Source: Balanoglossus misakiensis (taxonomy: Eukaryota; Animalia; Hemichordata). From it: a stretch of DNA of 64,000 nucleotides. The translations under genes and the position numbers were made by a program. Numbering within the stretch: position 1 is the stretch's first letter; each line of letters begins with the position of its first letter. The stretch is taken from the NCBI GenBank assembly GCA_040954595.2, contig CM082597.2, forward strand, positions 2,900,265-2,964,264, written 5' to 3'. The notes under the pieces were generated by a model that saw only the letters and a list, made by a program, of their open reading frames with translations, searched no databases and was not told the DNA's origin. Shown piece by piece: positions 54,037 through 64,000 of the stretch.

Positions 54037-56452
54037 TGATTTGGATCATGGGACAAAATGACATCACCAGATTTGGCTCTTTATTTAGAATGACTTTGTG
54101 TTAAAGGAGTGAAATGGTGTTATAGAGGACACGTATTCATATCAGCCTAAAACCTTTTGAAGACATGATCCTCTTCGCTTTGACGATTATCTCTGCCGTT
54201 CATTTATCTGGTAAGCTCACCTTGCAATACCTATTATATGTTTTGAGTGAATAAAACTATAAACTTTCATAGACGTTGATATATTGAAAGCAGAGAAAAT
54301 GGTGACATGTCTGTTTCGGGCAATATTTGAACACTTTTTATTTACATCCAAAGAAAGAAGAAGTCAACGAGTTGTTCACAGTTACCAAAGGCTGACTATA
54401 TTGCTTGTGTTAAAGAATCATGCTCTTAAATCAGCTGAAAATCAACTTTCCCATACATGGTATCATTGTGCCACAATTGGTACTGACACACCCTATGTAC
54501 ATGCATGTATTGTAGTGTCTTCTGTTGCAATCTAAAAACTGTAAAACAGGCGTTATATTTGATTTTTCTGCAAAGAGGTTTACAATAAAGAGGTCATTTG
54601 GTCAGCAAATGCTTAATTGATATCAGGTATCAGTAAGCACTTCATTGTCAATTCGGTATTTGTGTGATTACCTTCTTATGCAAAATACAAAATATATTCA
54701 TGAAAAACACACCATTAAGTCTATGAACGTAGCAACTTATAACTGTCAATTATGTTTTCACAGGGACAGTCGACAGTTTGTCGAAACCTATTCGAGTAGA
54801 AGCCGTTCAAACAGGTGATGACGTGTATGTTTATGTTGGCGAAGACGCATTATTGCCGTGTACATACACCGAAACCAGAGAAACATTGATTTGGTATTTT
54901 AATTCGATTGACTCTGCAAATGTGATTGTCATTCGTGAAGATGGACGTGACCCGGTATTTAGCCCCGGCTACGATCGCCATAGCTTGGTTGACCAGGCGT
55001 CACTGGAAATCACGTCAACAGTTGTTGAAGATAATGAAAACTATACATGTGAAATTTCTGGTATAGGTATTCCAAGAAGCCATGACACCATACTTTTGGA
55101 TGTATCAGGTAATTTAAACGGATGCTTGAAGGCACAACTTTCAATCCTTGGTTCTCGCATTAGTAGGTGCTCCTCTTAGTGAAACAAATAATATGTGCTT
55201 TTCTGATTACATGGTTTTCAAAAATAGGGTAGGTAGCTTGGTATGGAATTTTTTATTTTGCTACTTGTCTGGCCGCCAAAGTGTAGACGATGCTTTTCCA
55301 AGAAATATCAGAATTTTCTTCAGCAATAAGCTCTAGAACAACGACAGTTTGTATTTTATCCTCCCAGCTACTGAGAACGTTTGTTAAAATTGTGTGTTTG
55401 GTGTTTTCTTTTTTATGATCCATTTGCCGCATCACATTCGTCTCTATCTATGGCAGCAGCTTTGATGTTGCCATAGGTTTTTCTACTGAAACCACCTGTT
55501 CTTTTTGTACATTCAGTACAAATATAACACTACTAAACCATCGACGTACCTCATGTTTATTGACATATCTTGTCTATGGCGAATCAATAGGCTATATACA
55601 TGTATGATGTTCACATTTTAAACTACTTTAACGTCACAGTCCCCAGCGCCCCAAGTGTACCGACCATCACTATTGAGGAAGAGCCCGTCATAGAATATAA
55701 TACAGTGACAATGATCTGTCTATCGAGTGGAAATCCAGCTCCAACCTATAAATGGTATCAAGAAGGAAACGATATACCCGACAAGGGTAGATACAATGTA
55801 AGTTCGGATGGAACTACATTTTCCATTGACTATGTACTACGTGAAGACAGCACAACGTACACATGTAACGTGACCAATACCTTCGGAACAGAGAAGACAG
55901 ACGTTTTTCTAGATGTATTATGTAAGTCAATGTCATAACATTTGCTCAGTTTCTCTGTTTTTATTTCTGGGGTGGCATTTCTATTTGCTGTTAAAGTTCA
56001 ATTCTTGCATTAATATCATATAATTTTAGATGAACCTGACGAAGGTTGGCCGGAATGTTCATTCAGCTACAACTCCGGAGATGAATATGCAAAAGCTGGA
56101 GACCTTGCCGAAATCACCTGCACCGCCACAGATGGAAACCCATATCCACAACTCGTGTGGTTCAACAGTTCTACTGTGCTGGATGGTGAATACACTGTGC
56201 CAGAAGAAGGCGGTGACGAAATAACATCAAATATATTCAGGTGGAACTTGACTCAATTCGATAACGGTCTAATATTTGACTGTCATGGTAACCATGAGAC
56301 CATTTCTACACCTAACATTTGTACCACAGGCGCACTCGACATTAAATGTAAGTACATGTATGCAACGAATTTCAAGTCCAATGCATTTTACCAACCAATG
56401 GATTTTATTGTATCAACTGAATTTGTCTGTCTTGCATTAAATATATTATGAA
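54037..56452 (+). repeat. Inverted segmental repeat arm 2 (5' end of gene E)
   Basis: Begins tgatttggatcatgggacaaaatgacatcaccaga (reverse complement of ~47947-47981) and ends about 100 bp into the intron after Ig3. Confidence 0.92.
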
Positions 56453-59400
56453 ACCAATCTAACGTATATGTTGCTTGCGATTTCTATTCGAAAAGTCAAT
56501 GAAATATTCAGTTGTCCGACAATGTTTCATAATGTCCAATGTCAACAATGAGGCCGCGTACAATAATGTATTGTTTTCAGTATGCTTATTATATACAAAT
56601 TAAGACCGGAGTACGTCATATTATTACCAATAGCATTCTACCGGTATGCCCTTGCACAGGATATACAGTACATCTCACCATACATGTATGTCCTATAGTC
56701 AGGAGTGTCTACACATCACACATGTCACGTTTCTTTTGATGCCTATCCACAGACGAACCAAACATGCCATGGCCAACCTGCACAAACTATACAAGTGCAG
56801 ACGATTACATAAAAGAAGGTGATGAGATGATGATAGTTTGTGAAACAGTCGACGGCAACCCCTACCCTGCACTAACGTGGTTCAATGGCAGCCAAGAAAT
56901 GCCAGGGTACTACTCTCCCCCGTCTGACTGTGATTGGGAATGCTCTACGAATAATACATACATATGGACGCTGACGAAGTATGACAATGGTTTGACGTTC
57001 ACGTGTGAAGGAAACCACCAAGAAACCCTGACGAATGGAACTTGTGATCTGGGTCCCTTAGATGTTAAATGTGAGTACAACGCTAACAAGAAATGTATGG
57101 TTTCCATGAACAATAAGATGGACCTTTCACAATGCGTGATATGGTAAGATGATGTAATAATGAACAAAAGTTAGGGAACAACATTGAGATATCACATATT
57201 TGACCTACAAGCAGACGACCTCAAGCACTAGACTCCTACATCACTTCCGCTTGTGAACAAAGTGTTTTAATGGGGAGCAATCGTGCTGCAAGTAATTGAA
57301 AGTACACAATGACGACATCAGCTCTTCTGAATATTTTATTGATTAAAACTAAATTGCAAAAATACGTATCCCAGTAGTACTAGTATTAAACTGAACAAAT
57401 TGTACCTGACTTGAGTTCTGTATGGTGTCCTTTTTTACAAAGATAGCCCAGAGGACCCCGTTTGCAGTGACCATGGCGGCGGCACGCAAACTGCTGAAGA
57501 AGGCGAGGATTACGCAATATCCTGTGAGTCTATCGGTGGCAATCCTCTGGCAACGCTTAGATGGATCAATGAATCTGACGGAAGTGAGATGGTCATGACA
57601 TCACCAGGACCGGAAGATAGTGGTAGTACTACTTGTAACCACACATGGACTGTTACTAGAGCTGACAACCAAGGAACGTTTAGATGCGAGGCGACTAGTA
57701 TGGTCCAAACAACACCACTGAACTGTACATATGGCCCTATTATCATCAACTGTAAGTTATTATCAAATGTTCAGCCCAATAAGAATACACGAACTGACAC
57801 CAAACAATTAAGTTTCATCCTTACACACTTCACGATCATCTGTATCTGCAACCTCTTTATCCCAGTCTCACTCTCTCTCTGTCTCTCTCTCAGTTCCGCC
57901 GAATCAGATCATCTTGTCAGGTTCAGATGACCAATTTAGAGTGAACGATGTATGGATACTGACCTGTACAACTGATTCTAGCAACCCAGCTGCGGAGGTG
58001 CAGTGGTACAAAAATAACGAACTGCTTGACGACGAACACATCGTCGTCAAGCCAAAAGAGGAGACATCAGGTGACTTCAACGGAATGTGTGTCACGCAAG
58101 ATATCGACATAACATTACAAGCTGATGACAATATGGCGGAATATTTTTGCCAAGCAGCTACATTACACTACCAAGGAATGAATTCTAATGCCATGATGAT
58201 AAACGTAACATGTATGTATCCATTTTCATACAAATTCGTAGCATCACAATTCTCAAGTTGTTTTGGAAGTTTTTAGGAGCATGTGACCATCATTAGCATT
58301 ATCGTTGGTCAGCGATTGGTCACTTATTTTTCTCTCTTTTACCACCATGTAAAATACAAGCCCAGGAACTGGTTTGAAGTTGACTTCTAGTATACTATAC
58401 ATGACAAAATCCCTAGTCGATGACTTTCTTGGTACAGTTCCTCCTTCAGAGCCCGAGAACTGCGAAACAACGTTGGCAGGATACGAAGGTCCTCTTGTTG
58501 TAGGAGACATGTTGACTCTGACATGTACATCGTGCAGTAGTAACCCCGAAGCCATCTTGATGTGGTATCGTGAAGACGCTTTGGTTGAAGACGGACTGAG
58601 TCCAGTTGAATATCACGAGGGTCATTACAGTGGAACGATATCATCACAAGAATTCTCACTGGAAGTATCAGTTTGGGACCATGGTGTTGTTTTCCACTGT
58701 GAAGCATACAACGAACTATTTGAAGATCAGTATTACAAATCTGACACGACACAGCTTGACGTGCACTGTAAGTACATTGTTAAATTCACCCCATGTCAAT
58801 TATAGCATTGTATGTTTTTCTGTAGGCCATGCATAGTGCATGCGTAGTTGGTATGCCTTGGCTGCGCGAGTAATAATTTGGCTGTGTGAATGCATTCACA
58901 GATTCACCTAAGATTGGTGGGACCATATTTGCGGACACTTCCGGTTCATGCAGAGCATGCATAGTTGGTACGCCTCGAGTGTGTGATTAATAAGTTCACT
59001 GTATGAATGCTTTCGCAGATTCACCTAAGATTGGTGGGACCAGGTACAACAACACAGCTATCGAGGTGAATGAAACTGAGACTGTCGAGTTGGTCTGTAA
59101 AACAAACAGCAATCCACTGGCTACTATCACGTGGTTTGACCAGTTTCGCGACATTGTCGTGAATAACACCGAGAATCGCGTCATAAAGGAATACAGTTGG
59201 GACACTTTGACAGAGAGCAGGCTGTTTCTTTATGACGTCACTGTAGAAGATTCAGGGAACTACTCATGCGCGGGAAACAACTCCATTGGTGTGGAAACAT
59301 TGAATATCGAGGTCATAGTGATTGGCGGTATGATATTTCATCAAACACTTTCCTATTCCTGCCTTTGTTGGCCTTCAATCATGTTGATTAAGCTTAATAT

Positions 59401-62198
59401 TCGTGCTAGAATACTGTGAGAATAGTGAAGTGGCCAGTCGGTCCATTTATAGGTTAGAATGTGACTGTATTGTACGACAATATGACTATATATATACTTG
59501 TGCCATACGCATATTCGTTCAACTGCAACAAATGGGGTTTCATTTTGACTTTCCTTTAGTCCCAGCGATAGAGACAACAGCATCGACATTGGTCGGTTTA
59601 GTGGTATTCATAGTGATTGTCAGTGTAGCGATATTGGTAGTAGTTGTTCTTCTCATCGTTAGAAGACAACGGGAGAGTAAAGACAAAAGCGACAACCAAG
59701 CAGGTTTGGAAATGAGACCAGTTGACTCGTTATTTTGCTTCAGAGACTTTCAGTGTATTTGGTGATGCTGGTGGTGGTGGTATTGGTGGTGGTGTTGGTG
59801 TTGTTAATGGTGGTGGATAAGAGGGTATAACTAACAATGGCGTTGGTGATCGATAATTGATAACACTCATAATAATAGTTGCTCCTTTTCGGCTACATAT
59901 GTTCAAGGGAGGCTAACTGTTTGGCAAGTTAAAATAATGGATGAACGTGTTCCATGTCAATGCAGCTGAACATTTCCTCATCTTAATTTCCCCTTCTTTT
60001 ATTTATTTTCAGCTTCGATGAGACCTCAAGGGTAATGTGGCTTAATTTAATCACTCACACAATGTTTATATCTTAATTCATGTGTTATCACCTTTGTATT
60101 GTAAGTTCACTAAACACTATTCGTCACATTTGAAATCATACTTTCTCTTCCCCCATTTCAATGACAGGCCTGTCTACGCCGATTTAGAAGAAAATGACAT
60201 TCCTGAAAAGCACGAATATATGAAACTTGTGTTTCCTTTTGGTAAGCATACATCCTGTTCTTCTGTATATAACATGGATGTGTGATATTATCCAAGAATA
60301 TGGTTACGGTTTCGCTTTTACGAAATTAGCAAAAAAAATCAGTCTGGCTGTATCAGTTCTTTATACATGTACATCGATATTACATTTTAAATTCAAGAGA
60401 GAGCCAAGCTTTGCCTTAACACGGCATCGTTTCTGTCTCACAGTCAAACAATTATGTCTCCTGGCAACTAATTCTTTCCTTGTTTTGTGTCTATTTGTGT
60501 TTTTTTGCTTAAACGCGCAGGTAAGGCAGGACGTGGCAGAAGGAGTCGCGACGACAAGGTGAGAGGCACGTTCAATTGCCACTTTATGGTAATCTGAGCA
60601 TTTATATGTCTCATATGCAAAATAAACCCCTCTGTTTACAACATTGGAATCATGACGAGTGCAGACCATGGTAATTATGCATATGTTTCGTTTCGTAGGA
60701 GACTTTTCACCAAGACGTGGACGACGGCGGTTATGACAACTTCGAGATACCATACAAGTCTATCGCATTCATTGAAGACATCTCCATTGGGATATTCACT
60801 AAACATATCAAAGCAAATATACATTTACCTGGGAAGGGAAAGGTCGCTGTCTGTGTCAAGACCCTAAAGCAGGGTAATGTAACGTATTAAGATTTGTTTT
60901 AAATTTTCCTGAACAAGTTTGTTGCCATAGTCAGTACAGAATATACATTACTGATAAAACAGAAACCTGACTTTGTAATTTCCTGTGAAGCGGTGTCTTT
61001 CCTTTGCATCTGATTGTGTAAAATGTGGAATAATTGATTGCCCGTCACCGATTCGCACTCTAGCTGCGCCTTTGGACCAGTCGGCATGCCTTGACATCTT
61101 CAATTTTACATTTCCAATGTGGACGCATATGACTGTGTATATTTCAGTGTGGCCTCTCATTACTTTCGTTACAGCCAATGACGAGCTATCTCAGCGCTGC
61201 ATCTTGAAAGAGATCCAGTTCATGAAGACACTCCCTCGGAATGATAACATTTTGCAGATGATGTACTGCTCTACAAAACAAGGTAACACGTTCAAATTAC
61301 TGTCTGTATGTCTGTATTTAACCCTTTCAACAGTGTTTACTGTACAAATATCATGATTGTGTTGTGATGGGGATGTGCACACGCTTCATCAGAACCCCAG
61401 ATCTCAAGTATACATGTAAGTTCAACCGTTTCTTTCATCGCAGCACCATATTGTCTGATTTACGACCACTGTTACCAGGGCAACCTGAAGCATCATCTAC
61501 AGGGCATGCGCAATAAAACTATCGGAGGAGCGGACGAAGATTGTCCTATAGAGTTGTGTTCATATGCCTTGCAGATTGCAAAGGGGATGTCATACCTGGA
61601 GAAAATACAGGTATCGAACAATTACTGCAATAAATCTGTCTCAGTTTCTCTAAACCTGTTCCTTCCATTCATTCTTTTTGTACACCTGCAATTCCTGTAC
61701 TTTTTTCAATATGAAGCTGATGGATCTTCACATCTTTAGTGTGTACACAGGTCACTTTCCGCGCGAAACATACATGTGGGCGATAATGGTGTTTGCAAGA
61801 TATCAGGATTTGAGTTTTGCAGCAATGTTATGAGCTTAAGCACCCTTGATGAGATGACAAAGGTAGGATATTGTTAATATACACGTCACTAGATATACAC
61901 AAATTCGATAACACCATAATAACATTTCAGAATTCTCTCTCTCTCTCGTCCATTTTACCTTGGCATTCATGATCACACACACGTATATATTTATCTATCC
62001 ACCTACAGAGTCGTCTTCCAGTTCGCTGGATGGCAATTGAATCTATACAGAATTGCATATACACAGCCAAATCGGATGTCTGGTCTTATGGAATCGTCCT
62101 CTGGGAAATTTTCACTCTGGGTAAGGATTAAACTTTGACCGACATGAAATGAATGGAGTATTCTAACATCACCGATATACAGATTTATACGACATGTC

Positions 62199-62229
<31 letters not shown>

Positions 62230-62917
62230 TGTACCGTATGTACCAGTATGTATGTATGTATACCTTTACTTTTCAACAATTTTTTCTATCTGTGAAGGTG
62301 ATAATCCTTATCCCGGCATGCCAATAAATGACGTCATATATGAAGTCAAACAAGGACACAGAATGGATGCACCATCTTACGCTGATGATGTTATGTGAGT
62401 AAATTAACAAAATGCGCCCAGAATTCATACATGTCCTTTGGTGACTTCAGATTAATAGTGGGATCTCACAGGTAAAATAAGCATGTGTGACGCAATTTTG
62501 CTTTAGGGAAGTTTAAATTCATCTAGTTTCATTTCTTGCTTTTCAAAGACCAGAACTTATACCATATTATTTAATGTTTAAAAATTGTTGTCATAGGTAC
62601 GCTATAATGTGGGAGTGCTGGGTGGAGGAACCTCAGAGCCGACCATCTTTTCTGGAGATGGCCAGTATCATCGAAGTAAATTACTCGGACGCCGGGGTAA
62701 TTTTTTTCTTTTGTATTTTTGGATATAAAACATGTGGGCGATTGACAGTGATTTTTAGCAAATGTACCGGTATACCGGTATATTCGCGGTGCATGTTTTG
62801 ATTGATCAATTTCAAAAATTTACCTTTTTGGTTTTGATGAATAAATCGATGATTTGTTGGTTTTTCCAGAGTTATGTCAAGCTCCGTGAAAATGCATCAA
62901 TCGAGGGAACGACATAG
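54165..62917 (+). CDS. Gene E: 8-Ig receptor tyrosine pseudokinase (FGFR/RET/Tie-class kinase fold) with a gene-C-like ectodomain
   Basis: Leader 54165-54210; V 54764-55108; Ig 55640-55921, 56030-56347, 56753-57070, 57443-57751, 57894-58211, 58438-58767, 59019-59327; TM 59560-59703; juxtamembrane 60013-60031, 60168-60241, 60521-60558; kinase 60699-60873 (VCVKTLK), 61175-61282, 61444-61610, 61740-61863 ([16 protein letters not shown]), 62009-62120 ([27 protein letters not shown]), 62298-62394, 62597-62696 (CW..P..RPSF), 62870-62917. Confidence 0.88.
62199..62260. repeat. (TATG)n microsatellite in a gene E intron
   Basis: atgtatgtatgtatgt... Confidence 0.85.
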
Positions 62918-63702
62918 GCAACACCACAGATTCAGAGATACTATTCGAAAATCTGCACCTGCGAAGTCTTATTGAGTACAGAAATCCATTTACAAGTTTC
63001 CAACTGGCACAGTAACCTATCTTGAGTTCACTGCCCTCCAGAACAGTGTCTACTTGCTAGTGTAGAATCAGTGCAAATCTGAGGAGGTCACTTATCACGT
63101 GTTGTCTATCCGTGGATGGGAAAGAACTGTAAATTGAACAGAGCGACCGGACCAATATTTACCGATAGTAGAGCTGACCTTTGTCTATATTGCTTTGATC
63201 TGCCTGTTAACACGACACCCAAAGGTGGTTATAGTGTACACTTGTCATGTATAATACGACATGTCAAAGTGCCTTCAAAGGCTGATGATACTTTTATGAT
63301 TATCATTTGATCTTCACTGTGGCTCGGCATTCTCAAGAAATCACACCACAGACAGAAATATTATGCTATTTGTTTTCTAATTCCAACCAATATATTTCAA
63401 GCAGTGGCGTGACACCTAGCTGACCTTTAACATGTAATCCAGTATGAAGTACATTTCAATACGCTTGCTCTACGATGCGACTGTTACGAAAAAACAAATT
63501 AATAATCATCACTTATGGTTGAAGAACTTCTCCATTCCATGGTCAGTAAAATTAATCACATATGTAGACAACTACCGTATGTTTTATTAAATTATGTATG
63601 ATATTAACATTTTGTTCAGCTGCTGTTTTGGAATGCATATTTTTATCAAACAAAATAAACTTCCTATGATTTGTTTAAATTTAGATTTGTAGCTGCTTGT
63701 TG

Positions 63703-63745
63703 TGAGTGAGTGAGTGAGTCAGTGAGTGAGTTAGTCAGTCAGTCA
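63703..63745. repeat. (GAGT)n/(CAGT)n microsatellite
   Basis: tgagtgagtgagtgagtcagtgagtgagttagtcagtcagtca. Confidence 0.8.
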
Positions 63746-64000
63746 ATGTTGCTGTTGTTGCGCTTTTGCCGTGTAAACCTTGTGCCGTATGAGTGAGTGG
63801 GTGGGTGGGTTTTTCCTGGGTAGGTGACTATAGTGCGTGTGTGTGTGGACATGGCATGAAACAGGAACGGTCAAAGAAGAAATATTTATACAGAGAAAAG
63901 CGGACCAACGTACTTTTGTATAAAGTCTATGATAATAACCTTATTCTCTATGGCACGACTATTGCTGATTGCTATTTATCTAGTATGATGTCATCGAGGC

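Noticed and set aside
54165-62917. Naming gene E FGFR, RET, Tie or PTK7
   Set aside because: Kinase motifs are FGFR/RET/Tie-class, but the ectodomain derives from the local family; the pseudokinase substitutions differ from PTK7's (which has ALG at DFG).

Overview
AT-rich, intron-rich animal DNA, most like a marine invertebrate (taxon not determinable from sequence alone). I rebuilt five immunoglobulin-superfamily (IgSF) genes by hand from GT-AG boundaries. Gene A (minus, 814-18521/22071) and gene C (minus, 37605-47863) are nephrin-like receptors: V-set + 6 Ig + FN3 + TM + long tails with many tyrosine motifs, ending in ITIM/ITIM (A) or ITIM/ITSM (C). Each sits head-to-head with a short, nearly tail-less V-set membrane protein: gene B (plus, 24541-27839) and gene D (plus, 48052-51448; ATG only 188 bp from gene C's ATG). 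Gene E (plus, 54165-62917) is an 8-Ig receptor tyrosine PSEUDOkinase (HRD->HRS, DFG->GFE) with an ITAM-like juxtamembrane motif. Its 5' ~2.4 kb (promoter, leader, V, Ig2, Ig3) is a near-identical inverted copy of gene C's. Gene A has two tandem promoter-leader-V cassettes whose flanks are near-identical but whose V domains differ at 23/107 residues. A decayed ITIM exon of another receptor lies at 53.7 kb. Overall this looks like a cluster of linked receptor/ligand cassettes plus a paired inhibitory/activating receptor, i.e. a candidate self/non-self or immune recognition locus; that function is inference. A truncated LINE, MITEs and microsatellites are also present.
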